The notes: generated from the letters alone by a model not told the origin. 64,000 bases of DNA from Algicola sp. (GCA_018222915.1 JAAEZI010000001.1:1-64000); one strand, 5' to 3'; numbered from the stretch's first letter, positions 39,642-50,477 are shown. Made by a program: numbers and translations.

Positions 39642-40277
39642 ATGACTTTAAAAAAAGCGACGATTTTAATCTTGCTGATCTTATTGATTGATCAAATTAG
39701 TAAGTTTTATATCAAAACCCATTTTGCACTTAATGAAAAATTGGAAGTGCTGAGCTGGTTCCAAATTGCATTTGTTGAAAACGAAGGGATGGCTTGGGGT
39801 ACTAAACTCAGCGATTTTTTTCCGAGTATATCGGATAGAACAGCTAAAGTTGCTTTAACCATTTTTAGAATTCTTGCTGTTTCCGGAATTGGGTATTGGT
39901 TATACCGTTCAGTAAAAAACCATGGAAGTAAAACACTCATATTCGCTATCTCATTGATATTTGCTGGTGCTTTAGGGAATATTATTGACTCGGTGTTTTA
40001 TGGTGTTATTTTTGATTCGAGTAAAGGGCAAGTGGCTTCATTTTTGCCTGAGCAAGGCTACGACACTTTGTTTCATGGAAAGGTTGTAGATATGTTGCAT
40101 TTTCCTATATGGAGTGGTCATTTGCCAAATTGGATGCCTTTTATTGGTGGACATTCATTTAGTTTTTTCGATCCTGTTTTCAATATCGCAGACATGGCTA
40201 TTAGTATCGGAATTGGGATTTTAATTTTTTTCAATAAACGTGCTTTTCAAGCACATTCAGAACGCCAAAATTCCTGA
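39642..40277 (+). CDS. lspA: Lipoprotein signal peptidase II.
   Basis: LspA blocks (FALNEKLEVLSWFQIAFVENEGMAWG, NIIDSVFYGVIFD, FNIADMAISIG), four TM helices. Confidence 0.85.
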   Translation: MTLKKATILILLILLIDQISKFYIKTHFALNEKLEVLSWFQIAFVENEGMAWGTKLSDFFPSISDRTAKVALTIFRILAVSGIGYWLYRSVKNHGSKTLIFAISLIFAGALGNIIDSVFYGVIFDSSKGQVASFLPEQGYDTLFHGKVVDMLHFPIWSGHLPNWMPFIGGHSFSFFDPVFNIADMAISIGIGILIFFNKRAFQAHSERQNS

Positions 40278-40281
40278 GACT

Positions 40282-40845
40282 TTAAAAGGTATAAATCTTA
40301 TCTGGCGTGACGCAATAGTCTAGTTTTACATCACCTTCGAAAACATCTTGAATACCGTCTTCAGAAGCAAAAAATGAGAGACCTATCTTAATGGTTTCCG
40401 AACGGCATTTATCTAAGAATTTATCGTAAAACCCCTTGCCGTAACCCACTCTATGTCCTGATTTATCAAAGGCTAGTAAAGGGATAAACACAATGTCAAT
40501 CTGATCTGTATTGATAGGAATGCCATCAGTGGGTTCTGGAATTTGCCATTCGTTAATTGTTATTTTGGTGCTGTCTGTTAAAAGATAATGTGTCATTTCA
40601 AGAGTCGTAAAATCACTCTTTGATATGACTATATGCTTGTCTTTTCCCGATAAAATATTTAGAATATAGTCGGTATTAACTTCATTGTGCGTTTTTATGG
40701 ATAAAAAAATATGGTAAAATGAGGCAGACCAAATAGGTAATGTTAAGAGTTGGTTAGCAATTTGTATGCTCAGATCCTCCACTTGGGCTTCTGTAAGCTG
40801 TTTACGAAGCATTTTATACGTCTTGCGTAATTCAGCTTTCGTCAT
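40282..40845 (-). CDS. 5-formyltetrahydrofolate cyclo-ligase family protein (MTHFS-like).
   Basis: Family motif GYGKGFYDKFL and about 187 aa. Overlaps the upstream AstE/AspA gene by 14 nt. Confidence 0.75.
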   Translation of the reverse strand: MTKAELRKTYKMLRKQLTEAQVEDLSIQIANQLLTLPIWSASFYHIFLSIKTHNEVNTDYILNILSGKDKHIVISKSDFTTLEMTHYLLTDSTKITINEWQIPEPTDGIPINTDQIDIVFIPLLAFDKSGHRVGYGKGFYDKFLDKCRSETIKIGLSFFASEDGIQDVFEGDVKLDYCVTPDKIYTF

Positions 40846-41809
40846 CTTTTAATTTCTTTGAAATATGAAAAATGGCATCGCCTTGATATATGATAGGCGA
40901 TTCATTAATATTGAATATATAACCGTCATTGGGTGCTTTTACGAAGTGATTAAAACTCCCGTAAGGATCAGTAATGTTTCCAATCACATCGCCTTTGCTA
41001 ACTTTAGAATTTATGGTGACTGTAGACTTAAACATCCCTGAGTAGTTAGCACGTATCCATTTACTATCTGAAATGTAGATACATGGTTTTTTGGGTTGAG
41101 AAACCTTGAACTTACTATTAAGCATGCCTAAATGGTGAAGTACACGTTTGGCGCCATTAACACCTGTGTTCGTAATAGTCGCATCAATATTGAAAGATTT
41201 ACCACCTTCAAAGAGCAGAATAGGAATCCCTAATTTATAGCAGGTGTTTCTAAAAGATTTATTGAGATTTTTAGAATAAAGAACAAAGGGAGCACCAAAG
41301 ATTTTGGCCAATTCTTTAAGATTCTTTTCGCCTTTAATAATGCGAATTTGTGCAGCATTAAAGCGATCTGCTCCTCCAGTATGAAAATCCATCACAAAAT
41401 CTGCATGTGGTAAGATTTCAGTAACCAATTTAAAAGCGACACGGCTCGCTAAGGAACCACCTTTTATTCCAGGAAAAACACGATTTAAGTCCCTGCCATC
41501 TGGAAATTCACGATCCATATGAATAAAGCCAAAAACATTAATAACAGGCACACAAATAATGGTTCCTTTTTTGGGTTTATTAATGCCTTTAGAAATGATT
41601 TGTCGAACAATTTCAACACCATTCACCTCATCTCCGTGAATACCTGCCGTCATTAAAACGGTAGGGCCTGGTTTTTTTGAACGCTCAATAATAACAGGTA
41701 CGTCAATGGTATTTTGGGTATGTAATTTTGCAACATTAAAACTTACCGTAGCACTTTTGCCCAAAGCCACTGCTTCTCCTAAAATATTTAATACGTCCTT
41801 ATCGCTCAT
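40832..41809 (-). CDS. Succinylglutamate desuccinylase / aspartoacylase family (M14-like zinc deacylase).
   Basis: Zinc-binding block MTAGIHGDEVNG (HxxE) and a second His block (DFHTGG). Confidence 0.75.
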   Translation of the reverse strand: MSDKDVLNILGEAVALGKSATVSFNVAKLHTQNTIDVPVIIERSKKPGPTVLMTAGIHGDEVNGVEIVRQIISKGINKPKKGTIICVPVINVFGFIHMDREFPDGRDLNRVFPGIKGGSLASRVAFKLVTEILPHADFVMDFHTGGADRFNAAQIRIIKGEKNLKELAKIFGAPFVLYSKNLNKSFRNTCYKLGIPILLFEGGKSFNIDATITNTGVNGAKRVLHHLGMLNSKFKVSQPKKPCIYISDSKWIRANYSGMFKSTVTINSKVSKGDVIGNITDPYGSFNHFVKAPNDGYIFNINESPIIYQGDAIFHISKKLKDDES

Positions 41810-42685
41810 TTAAGTTCTATTTCGTTCAATAAATGTGATGATAGCTCTTGCAATATTTTTACCTGTGGCACCTTCAATACCCTCTAAGCCAGGGGTTGAA
41901 TTAACTTCAAGAAGCAAAGGGCCACGTGCCGATTGCAACATATCCACACCGCAAACAGGAAGTTTTAAAGCACGGGAAGCTTTCATCGCTAATTTCAATT
42001 CGTCGGTATTTAATTTAATAATATTCGCGCTGCCTCCACGATGTAAATTAGAGCGAAATTCTCCTTCCTTGCCTTGTCGTTTCATAGCACCAACCACTTG
42101 CCCGTCAACCACTAAAGCCCTTATATCGGCTCCTTTTGCTTCCTTGATAAATTCTTGCACGATAACTCTGGCTTGGAGCCCATTAAAGGCTTCTAGAACA
42201 GATTCTGCTGCGTTTTTAGTTTCGGCAAGTACAACACCTAAACCTTGTGTACCCTCAAGAAGTTTAATAATGACTGGTGTTCCGCCTACATGCTCAATCA
42301 CCTCTTCAACATCGCGTGAATAATTGGTAAAAACCGTTTTTGGCATCCCAATTCCAGCTTTACTTAAGCGTTGTAAACTACGTAGTTTGTCTCTAGATCG
42401 TTGAATGGCATCAGAAGTGACAATCGTAAACACACCCATCATCTCAAACTGGCGAACAACAGCGCAACCATAGAACGTGACAGAAGCACCAATTCTAGGA
42501 ATAATAGCATCCACATAATCCAGATAGCGATCCTTATAGTATATAGTAGGTTTTTCCTTTTCAATGATGATATCGCATTTTAAGGGATCAATAACTTCGA
42601 CCAAGTGACCTCTGTTTTGACCTTCTTCAACTAATCGTTGCGTGGAATATAAATGCGGATTTCTAGATAGGATAACTATATTCAT
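41810..42685 (-). CDS. rimK: RimK-family ATP-grasp alpha-L-glutamate ligase.
   Basis: [35 protein letters not shown]-terminus; ATP-grasp blocks ([40 protein letters not shown]). Confidence 0.85.
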   Translation of the reverse strand: MNIVILSRNPHLYSTQRLVEEGQNRGHLVEVIDPLKCDIIIEKEKPTIYYKDRYLDYVDAIIPRIGASVTFYGCAVVRQFEMMGVFTIVTSDAIQRSRDKLRSLQRLSKAGIGMPKTVFTNYSRDVEEVIEHVGGTPVIIKLLEGTQGLGVVLAETKNAAESVLEAFNGLQARVIVQEFIKEAKGADIRALVVDGQVVGAMKRQGKEGEFRSNLHRGGSANIIKLNTDELKLAMKASRALKLPVCGVDMLQSARGPLLLEVNSTPGLEGIEGATGKNIARAIITFIERNRT

Positions 42686-43107
42686 TTCTTTTGGCTGTTA
42701 AAAGAGACGTTTTCCAAGTTGACATCCACTAAGAATTTTTTACTTATGAATTGTCGACCGATTAATACGGGAAACTTCATATCGTCTCTAGTGCTTAAAG
42801 TTAAGTTAATCTTATAGCTTTTTCCAAAGAATATGGCTTCAGATTTAATTTTGTATCGGTTTTCTTTAAATCCGTTACTGCTTTTTACATCGGTAAGCGT
42901 GTAGTTATCAAACACAACCTGCTCACTCTTAAAGTTTGGATGCCCTTTAGATTTAAAGGAACAAATGAGCTGATGGTCTTTTTCTACAATTTTGGAGCAA
43001 TGTATGGCAGACGTATACGCACCAGTATCGATCTTAACGTCTACGTCATTTAAATGGAGTAATGGGAAGTCAATTTTATCAACTCTCCCAATAATTTTTT
43101 TGGTCAT
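42682..43107 (-). CDS. Retropepsin-like aspartic protease domain protein (DUF785, putative ATP-dependent zinc protease; RimB-like).
   Basis: DTGA signature in [14 protein letters not shown]. 4-nt overlap with rimK. Confidence 0.65.
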   Translation of the reverse strand: MTKKIIGRVDKIDFPLLHLNDVDVKIDTGAYTSAIHCSKIVEKDHQLICSFKSKGHPNFKSEQVVFDNYTLTDVKSSNGFKENRYKIKSEAIFFGKSYKINLTLSTRDDMKFPVLIGRQFISKKFLVDVNLENVSFNSQKK

Positions 43108-43214
43108 TTATGTGTTTTAAAAAGTGGCGCAAGGTAATCAATAAGTCGATTTAAAAAACAAAATTTTTCTCGAATTTTTAGCCCGAAAAAAAAGACGTTT
43201 TAAATAGTAAATAC

Positions 43215-43222
43215 TAACTTTG
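43215..43222 (+). promoter_or_regulatory. Candidate -7 box TAACTTTG for uvrC (would give a near-leaderless mRNA).
   Basis: Matches TAnnTTTG; ends 5 nt before ATG 43228. Confidence 0.25.
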
Positions 43223-43227
43223 AGACA

Positions 43228-45021
43228 ATGGAAAAACCTACGCTGGACATACAAATAAAAACATTGCCCCATCAACCAGGTGTCTATCAGTATTTTGATG
43301 TAGATGACAATTTGATTTATGTAGGAAAAGCCAAAGACATCAAAAAGAGAGTCAGTTCTTACTTTACCAAAACCCATGACAACGGAAAAACACGCGTACT
43401 TGTTAAAAAAATAGCTCATATCAAGCACATTGTCGTTGCGACAGAGACCGATGCGCTTTTGCTTGAAAATAATTTGATTAAAAAGTACAGACCGCGTTAC
43501 AATGTTCTTTTAAAAGACGATAAATCGTATCCTTGGATTTGTATTAAAAATGAACGTTTTCCACGAGTGTTTTCGACAAGACGTGTGTTCAAAGATGGTT
43601 CGGAATATTTCGGTCCTTACACCAGTATGAAAACCGTGCATACCTTACTCGATTTAATAAAAGGATTGTACCCCTTGCGAACGTGTCGTTATAATCTTTC
43701 CGAAGAAAAAATTGAAGCAGGAAGTTATAAAGTATGTCTTGAATACCATTTAGGAAATTGTAAAGGACCTTGTGAAGGATTACAAACTGAAGCATCATAT
43801 AACAAGGATATTCATGCCATTCGTGAAATAATTAAAGGAAATTTTAAGGATTCGCTTTCGAAGTTTAGAAATCAAATGAAAACGCTTGCGAATGATATGC
43901 AATTTGAAGAGGCTCAGCGTATCAAAGAAAAAATTGAGGTCTTAGAGAATTACCAGGCTAAATCTACCATTGTGAATCCAAAGATTAGTAATGTCGATGT
44001 GTTTACAATTATGAGCGATGAGAGTTTTGCATATATTAACTTCTTGCAGTTGTCTTATGGAAGCATCATCCGATCACATACCTTAGAAATCAAGAAAAAA
44101 CTAGATGAAACGGATAAGGAATTATTGGAATTATCTATTACTGAAATAAGACAGCGATTCCATTCCAAGTCTAAAGAGATTTACGTCCCATTTAAGGTAG
44201 ACTTAGGTGAGGATATTAAAGTAACGGTTCCGAAAGTTGGGGATAAAAAACACATTTTGGATTTATCATTAAGGAATGCAAAATACTATCGTATGGAGCG
44301 TTTCAAACAAGTAAAGATTATAGATCCAGACCGTCATGCCAATCGCATTATGGCACAAATGAAAGCAGATTTACGATTGTCTGAAGAACCACGACATATT
44401 GAATGTTTTGATAACTCTAATATCCAAGGAACCCATCCTGTGGCTGCCTGCGTTGTTTTTAAAGATGGCAAACCAAGTAAAAAAGATTATAGACATTTCA
44501 ACATTAAAACAGTTGAAGGACCAGATGATTTTGCTTCGATGGAAGAAGTGGTGTATCGTCGCTATAAACGATTGTTAGATGAAAATCAGCCATTGCCACA
44601 ACTCATTATTATAGATGGAGGGAAAGGCCAGTTATCGTCAGCATTAAAGAGTCTGGATGCACTTGGACTTCGACAGTCGATTGCGATTATCGGAATTGCT
44701 AAGCGTTTGGAAGAATTATTTTACCCAGATGATCCAATTCCACTATATTTAGACAAGAAAAGTGAAACACTGAAGGTGATTCAACAATTAAGAAATGAGG
44801 CGCATCGCTTTGGGATTGAACATCACCGAAATAGACGCAGTAAAAGTGCGCTTGCCACAGAATTAGAAACCATACCTGGCATTGGGGAACAAACGGTTGT
44901 GACACTTATGAAGAAGTTTAAGTCGGTTAAAAGAATTTCAGAAGCAAAAAAAGAAGATTTGGAAGCCGTAATTGGGGCATCAAGAGCTCAAAAAATCATA
45001 GATTATTATCATAAAAAGTGA
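43228..45021 (+). CDS. uvrC: Excinuclease ABC subunit C.
   Basis: GIY-YIG N-terminus (GVYQYFDVDDNLIYVGKAKDIKKRV), UvrBC-interaction domain, RNase H-like and HhH C-terminus. Confidence 0.95.
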   Translation: MEKPTLDIQIKTLPHQPGVYQYFDVDDNLIYVGKAKDIKKRVSSYFTKTHDNGKTRVLVKKIAHIKHIVVATETDALLLENNLIKKYRPRYNVLLKDDKSYPWICIKNERFPRVFSTRRVFKDGSEYFGPYTSMKTVHTLLDLIKGLYPLRTCRYNLSEEKIEAGSYKVCLEYHLGNCKGPCEGLQTEASYNKDIHAIREIIKGNFKDSLSKFRNQMKTLANDMQFEEAQRIKEKIEVLENYQAKSTIVNPKISNVDVFTIMSDESFAYINFLQLSYGSIIRSHTLEIKKKLDETDKELLELSITEIRQRFHSKSKEIYVPFKVDLGEDIKVTVPKVGDKKHILDLSLRNAKYYRMERFKQVKIIDPDRHANRIMAQMKADLRLSEEPRHIECFDNSNIQGTHPVAACVVFKDGKPSKKDYRHFNIKTVEGPDDFASMEEVVYRRYKRLLDENQPLPQLIIIDGGKGQLSSALKSLDALGLRQSIAIIGIAKRLEELFYPDDPIPLYLDKKSETLKVIQQLRNEAHRFGIEHHRNRRSKSALATELETIPGIGEQTVVTLMKKFKSVKRISEAKKEDLEAVIGASRAQKIIDYYHKK

Positions 45022-47255
45022 GAATTAGTTTTGTTATCATATTATGTTTTTGTTGGTCGTTGACGCTCGGTGCGCAAAACAATCAATTACCGTCCAAACC
45101 AAAAGTTGGTTTGGTACTCAGTGGTGGTGGAGCTAAAGGCTTTGCGCATATTGGTGTACTTAAGGTTATTGATAGTTTAGGTATTAAGATAGATTACATC
45201 GCTGGAACGAGTATGGGAGCCATTGTAGGATCACTTTATGCCTCTGGATATTCAGGAAAACAATTGGATTCTATTTTTAAAAGTTTAGATTTTGATAATG
45301 TCATTAGTGATAATTTACCGCGTTCTGCAAAAACGTTTTACGAACGTGATAATACCGAAAAATATGCCGTTTCCTTACCCTTTAACAAATTCAAATTAAA
45401 GCTACCTTCAGCGTTATCTCGAGGACAAAATGTCTTTAATTTGTTGACTAAATTGACACTTCATGTAAGTGATGTCGAAGATTTTGATAATTTACCCATC
45501 CCATTTTTTTGTGTAGCAACCAATGTAGAAACAGGTGAAGCTATTATTTTGGATTCTGGAAATTTGCCATTGTGCATTACAGCGAGTGGTGCTTTTCCAT
45601 CCTTATTTCGGCCTGTAAATATTGATGGGCGTTTGCTGATTGATGGCGGTGTCGTGAACAATTATCCCATTGATGAACTCAAAGCCAAAGGCATGGACAT
45701 TATAATTGGTGTGGATGTTCAGGATGGTTTAGCATCAAGGGATGAGATGACCTCTGCGCCAGATGTCTTATTGCAAATCAACAATTTCAGAACAATTAAT
45801 GATATGAAATTGAAGTCAAAGAAAACGGATATATATATCAAGCCTGATATCAAGGATTTTTCCGTCGTGTCATTCAGTGAAGGCAATAAAATTATTGAGA
45901 ACGGTAAAATTGCCGCTTTAGAAAAATGGCAAGAACTATCTCAATTACCCAAAATAAGAGAAATAAAAGACCATCCTAATATGGATCTAAGAAGTCGCGA
46001 TAGTATCAGGATCAATGGTGTTGCGCTAAATGGAAATAACCGATATACCAGATCGTATGTGTTAGGTAAATTAAAGTTAAAAGGAGACGAAACGGTGAGT
46101 TATCAAGATTTCGATAGAGGTGTCAATAATTTAATAGCGACCAATAATTTTGATGCCTTTCATTATAATTTTAGAACCTCTAAGAACAAAGACGGGTATG
46201 ATTTGGCATTGCGATTAGAAGAAAACAAGGTGACCACAATTTTGAAACTAGGGATACATTATGATGACCTTTATAAAAGTGCAGCGTTAGTGAATCTTAC
46301 AAAAAAGAGATTACTCTTTAATAATGATTTAGCATCATTAGATGTCATCTTGGGAGACAATGTGAGGTATAATTTTGAATACCTTATCGATAAGGGTTTT
46401 TATTGGAGCATAGGCTTGAGATCGCGCTACAATCAATTTGAAAAAAATGTGAACGCTGAATTGTTCTTAGACGAAACTCAAATTGCTAATACAGGCATTA
46501 ATAAAATTGAAGCCAAATTACGAGATCAAACGAATCAGTTTTATTTGCAAACCCTGTTTAGAAAGGATTTTGCCTTGAGTATAGGTGCTGAGCACAAGCG
46601 ATTGAATATTAAATCAGAGACCATTACTATTAACAGTCAGACTGACGAATTTCTTTTTGAAAATACAGATTATTTTAGTGCTTTTGGTACCTTGAAATTA
46701 GATACCTATGACGATAAATATTACCCGTCTAAAGGGCTCTACTTTAGTGGCGATTTTCATTCATATCTTTTGGCCTCACGATTTAATAAGGACTTTGAGG
46801 AATTTTCTATTGCAAAGGCTGAAATGGGCTATGCTTTCTGCTTATCAGAGAGATTGAGTGTCAATTTACAAACGAGTGGTGGATTCAAAATAGGTGATAA
46901 TGCGACGCGGACTTTAGATTTTGCTTTAGGTGGTTATGGCAATAACTTGATTAATAATTTCATTCCATTTTTGGGCTATGATTTTATTTCACTCACAGGG
47001 AATAGTTATGTCAAAGCCTATGTTGGTCTAGACTATGAGGTTTTTAATAAAAATCACATCACTATGGAAGCCAATTGGGCGAATGTCGACGACGGTATAT
47101 TTGAAACAGGTGAATGGCTGACATTGCCAGATTACAGAGGTTATGCCTTAGGATATGGAATTGATACCTTTTTAGGGCCTGTACAAGTTAAATACAGTTA
47201 TTCTCCAGAACAACGAGAAAGTGTCTGGTACTTTAATATTGGATTTTGGTTTTAA
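45018..47255 (+). CDS. Patatin-like phospholipase fused to a BamA/Omp85-type outer-membrane beta-barrel domain, with an apparent GTG start.
   Basis: Signal peptide; patatin blocks GLVLSGGGAKGFAHIGVL and GTSMGAIVG (Ser of the dyad) plus DGG; long C-terminal barrel. The codon at 45018 is GTG, overlapping the uvrC stop. Confidence 0.75.
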   Translation: MRISFVIILCFCWSLTLGAQNNQLPSKPKVGLVLSGGGAKGFAHIGVLKVIDSLGIKIDYIAGTSMGAIVGSLYASGYSGKQLDSIFKSLDFDNVISDNLPRSAKTFYERDNTEKYAVSLPFNKFKLKLPSALSRGQNVFNLLTKLTLHVSDVEDFDNLPIPFFCVATNVETGEAIILDSGNLPLCITASGAFPSLFRPVNIDGRLLIDGGVVNNYPIDELKAKGMDIIIGVDVQDGLASRDEMTSAPDVLLQINNFRTINDMKLKSKKTDIYIKPDIKDFSVVSFSEGNKIIENGKIAALEKWQELSQLPKIREIKDHPNMDLRSRDSIRINGVALNGNNRYTRSYVLGKLKLKGDETVSYQDFDRGVNNLIATNNFDAFHYNFRTSKNKDGYDLALRLEENKVTTILKLGIHYDDLYKSAALVNLTKKRLLFNNDLASLDVILGDNVRYNFEYLIDKGFYWSIGLRSRYNQFEKNVNAELFLDETQIANTGINKIEAKLRDQTNQFYLQTLFRKDFALSIGAEHKRLNIKSETITINSQTDEFLFENTDYFSAFGTLKLDTYDDKYYPSKGLYFSGDFHSYLLASRFNKDFEEFSIAKAEMGYAFCLSERLSVNLQTSGGFKIGDNATRTLDFALGGYGNNLINNFIPFLGYDFISLTGNSYVKAYVGLDYEVFNKNHITMEANWANVDDGIFETGEWLTLPDYRGYALGYGIDTFLGPVQVKYSYSPEQRESVWYFNIGFWF

Positions 47256-47436
47256 AACTGATCAATTTTAGCGATATTTGGGTCATGTTTCGTCTACACT
47301 TCAAAGATTTACTTAGGCATCTCAATTTTCTTATCAAGAGAAATCCTGAATAAGTAAGCATTTTTTGTATCTTTAAAACACGTTTCATTTATACACTTTA
47401 CGGTATAAACAATTCAACTTTTTAAATTAAATAAAA

Positions 47437-48597
47437 ATGCCTTTTTATCATAAATTAGGAAAAATTCCACCAAAACGACATACACAGTTCCGTAAGGAAG
47501 ATGGTAGTCTCTATGCTGAACAATTATTTGGCACTATTGGCTTTGATGGCATGTCTACTAACAGTTATCATGAACAGCGACCAACGCAAGTTAAAGCGAT
47601 AAAAAAACAGTATAGTGTTGCGCCCAAAATAGCTAAGAAAAATCATATCCAGTCTTATAGGTTTAGAGGGTTTCAGGTTACGCCTGAAAATGACTATCTA
47701 GAGAGTAGAAAAGCGGTCTTAACTAATAGTGATTGTACTATAATTTTGGCAGCACCTAAACAATCTACTAAAGATTACTTTTATAAGAATTCCGATGCTG
47801 ATGAGCTTATCTTCATTCATGAAGGGTCGGGTAAGCTTAGAACCCATTTAGGAAATCTCGATTTTAAGTACGGAGACTATTTAGTGGTTCCAAGAGGAAT
47901 TATTTATAAAATAGATTTCGATACTGAAGATAATCGCCTTTTTATAGTAGAATCACGCCGACCAATTTACACACCAAAACGTTATAGAAATTGGTTTGGC
48001 CAGCTTTTAGAACATGCCCCTTTTTGTGAACGGGATTTAAGACAACCTCAAGAATTGGAAACTTACAATGAATCTGGTGAGTTTTTGATGAAGGTTAAAA
48101 AACAGGATGATCTATTCGAAATGATCTATGCCTCGCATCCATTTGATGTTGTAGGATATGACGGCTACAATTATCCGTATGCGTTTTCCATACATGATTT
48201 TGAACCTATAACTGGTAGAATCCATCAACCACCTCCAGTACATCAAACTTTTGAGACGGATGCCTTTGTGGTTTGTAGTTTTGTACCAAGATTATATGAT
48301 TATCACCCAGACAGTATTCCTGCACCTTATAACCACAGTAATATCGACAGTGATGAGGTCTTGTATTATGTGGATGGGGATTTTATGAGTAGGAATGATA
48401 TTGATGCCGGACATATTAGCTTACATCCAGCTGGGATTCCACACGGGCCGCATCCAGGTGCTACAGAACGCAGTATTGGTCAAGTAAAAACAGATGAATT
48501 AGCAGTCATGGTTGACACGTTCAAACCATTGCAAATTACTGAAGAAGCCTTGAAAATCGCTGATGAAGACTATTTTAAATCTTGGTTAGAACATTAA
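47437..48597 (+). CDS. hmgA: Homogentisate 1,2-dioxygenase.
   Basis: Full-length HGD cupin architecture (FDVVGYDGYNYPYAFSIHDFEPITG, HPAGIPHGPHPG). Confidence 0.9.
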   Translation: MPFYHKLGKIPPKRHTQFRKEDGSLYAEQLFGTIGFDGMSTNSYHEQRPTQVKAIKKQYSVAPKIAKKNHIQSYRFRGFQVTPENDYLESRKAVLTNSDCTIILAAPKQSTKDYFYKNSDADELIFIHEGSGKLRTHLGNLDFKYGDYLVVPRGIIYKIDFDTEDNRLFIVESRRPIYTPKRYRNWFGQLLEHAPFCERDLRQPQELETYNESGEFLMKVKKQDDLFEMIYASHPFDVVGYDGYNYPYAFSIHDFEPITGRIHQPPPVHQTFETDAFVVCSFVPRLYDYHPDSIPAPYNHSNIDSDEVLYYVDGDFMSRNDIDAGHISLHPAGIPHGPHPGATERSIGQVKTDELAVMVDTFKPLQITEEALKIADEDYFKSWLEH

Positions 48598-48602
48598 GCC
48601 AC

Positions 48603-49097
48603 ATGAATTATAATAAGTTACCAGCAGATCCATCGGCCTTAATTTTAGGTATAGCAGCACTCGTCATTTCGTTTGCAGGATGTTGCTGTGGTATTTTTGC
48701 AATCATACCATTGGCCATGAGTATTATAGGTTTGGTTCTTGCAAACAAAAGTTTACGAGAATACACCTTGAATCCTGTAGCCTACGACCCTCAAAGTAGG
48801 AGTAATGTCAATACCGCAAAAATCATCAATATTATTGCGCTTATCGTGAGTGGTATCGTCACATTGCTTTATACCGCATATTTTGCCATCTACGGAATAG
48901 CTATTTCAGAAATTTTTATGGAAGCTTACGAGGCAGAAAAAAATGGCGAGGCCTATAAATACGAATGGGAAGAAGATGACTGGGATAATGATACGCTGCA
49001 AGATGAAGCATCAGATGTGTATATCATAGAATCGGATTCTATCAATCTAAATCCTTCTGAGGAGATAGAGCCTTTAGATAGTTTAAACTTAAATTAA
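48603..49097 (+). CDS. CCC-motif small membrane protein. Start chosen at MNYNKLPADP; track start 48582 overlaps hmgA.
   Basis: TM helix containing GCCCGIF, a second TM, and an acidic C-terminal tail. Confidence 0.45.
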   Translation: MNYNKLPADPSALILGIAALVISFAGCCCGIFAIIPLAMSIIGLVLANKSLREYTLNPVAYDPQSRSNVNTAKIINIIALIVSGIVTLLYTAYFAIYGIAISEIFMEAYEAEKNGEAYKYEWEEDDWDNDTLQDEASDVYIIESDSINLNPSEEIEPLDSLNLN

Positions 49098-49154
49098 AAT
49101 AAATTTATAATGATCCTGTTAGCAATGGTTAACAGGCTTGAAAATAATAAGATT

Positions 49155-50315
49155 ATGGCAAAAGAAATATCAAATGTCAATTACGGATTAGAAAAAATTT
49201 TTGAAGACGCACAAGACTTTTTACCCTTGTTAGGAACCGATTATGTAGAATTTTATGTCGGTAATGCTAAACAAGCTGCACATTTTTACAAAACAGCATT
49301 TGGGTTTCAATCCTATGCCTATAGAGGTTTAGAGACAGGAAGCAAGGATACAGTATCCTATGTTCTAAAACAAGACAAAATCCGTTTGGTACTCACAACA
49401 CCTTTAACTAGTGAGTCTCCAATAAACAATCATATCGTGAAACATGGCGACGGTGTTAAAGTTGTTGCGCTATGGGTTGATGACGCTAGAAAATCTTACG
49501 AAGAAACAACCAAACGAGGCGCGAAGTCCTATATGGAGCCAAAGGTAGAAACCGATGAGTTTGGAGAAGTTGTAAGGGCTGGAATTTATACCTACGGTGA
49601 GACAGTTCATATGTTCGTAGAACGTAAGAACTACAAGGGCACTTTTATGCCAGGATTTAAAAAGTGGGAATCAGATTACAATCCAACACCTGTTGGACTC
49701 AAATACATTGATCATATGGTTGGAAATGTAGGTTGGGGTGAAATGAATACTTGGGTAAAATGGTATGAGGATGTGATGGGATTTGTTAATTTCCTCTCCT
49801 TTGATGACAAACAAATACATACCGAATATTCGGCTTTGATGAGTAAAGTTATGAGCAATGGAAATGGACGCATCAAATTTCCAATAAATGAACCTGCGGA
49901 AGGAAAAAAACGCTCGCAAATTGAAGAGTATTTAGACTTTTATGAAGGTCCAGGTGTTCAACATATTGCCGTTGCAACAGATGACATTATAAAAACAGTT
50001 TCTGATTTACGTTCAAGGGGTGTCGAGTTTTTGTCTACACCACCTGAAGCCTATTATAAAGCGGTACCAGGTAGACTTGAAGAATTCAGTCATGAACTAA
50101 GAGAAGATATAGAAACGCTGAAAGGTTTAGGTATTATGATAGATGCCGATGAAGAGGGTTACTTGCTACAAATTTTTACAAAACCAGTAGAGGACAGACC
50201 GACACTATTTTTTGAAATCATACAAAGAATGGGAGCTCGCGGATTTGGAGCTGGAAATTTTAAAGCGTTATTTGAATCTATAGAACGAGAACAAGCCAAA
50301 CGAGGCACCTTATAA
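49155..50315 (+). CDS. hppD: 4-hydroxyphenylpyruvate dioxygenase. Start at MAKEISNVNYG; track start is at 49110.
   Basis: Two VOC/glyoxalase-fold modules with iron ligand blocks (IDHMVGNV, GVQHIAVATDDI, FFEIIQR), C-terminal FGAGNFKALFESIE. Confidence 0.9.
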   Translation: MAKEISNVNYGLEKIFEDAQDFLPLLGTDYVEFYVGNAKQAAHFYKTAFGFQSYAYRGLETGSKDTVSYVLKQDKIRLVLTTPLTSESPINNHIVKHGDGVKVVALWVDDARKSYEETTKRGAKSYMEPKVETDEFGEVVRAGIYTYGETVHMFVERKNYKGTFMPGFKKWESDYNPTPVGLKYIDHMVGNVGWGEMNTWVKWYEDVMGFVNFLSFDDKQIHTEYSALMSKVMSNGNGRIKFPINEPAEGKKRSQIEEYLDFYEGPGVQHIAVATDDIIKTVSDLRSRGVEFLSTPPEAYYKAVPGRLEEFSHELREDIETLKGLGIMIDADEEGYLLQIFTKPVEDRPTLFFEIIQRMGARGFGAGNFKALFESIEREQAKRGTL

Positions 50316-50333
50316 AGGTATTCAAATTTAAAA

Positions 50334-50369
50334 GGCTTCATCTCATCAGGTGGAGCTTTTTTTTGAATT
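50334..50369 (+). terminator. Weak candidate terminator after hppD.
   Basis: gcttca / tggagc 6-bp stem (one G-U pair) with a 10-nt loop, followed by tttttttt. Confidence 0.35.
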
Positions 50370-50477
50370 CTAACACAACTATAACACCTTTATACATAAT
50401 GGTTTCAATAAAATTTATATTTTTGGAATAGTAATTGTAATTATTAGAAATGAACACTAAAATGTGATGTCTAAAAT

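Noticed and set aside
39632-39694. Short ORF (MTKNDFKKSDDFNLADLID) starting 10 nt before the lspA ATG in another frame.
   Set aside because: It is 20 codons, overlaps the lspA start, and has no supporting features. It is likely spurious.
41835-42323. 162-aa plus-strand ORF antisense to the rimK/AstE genes, and similar antisense ORFs at 19507-19839, 34130-34489, 38704-39111, 5278-5616 and 2429-2822.
   Set aside because: They lie entirely inside strongly supported genes on the opposite strand and have low-complexity S/T/P/A-rich or C-rich translations typical of the antisense frame of real genes.
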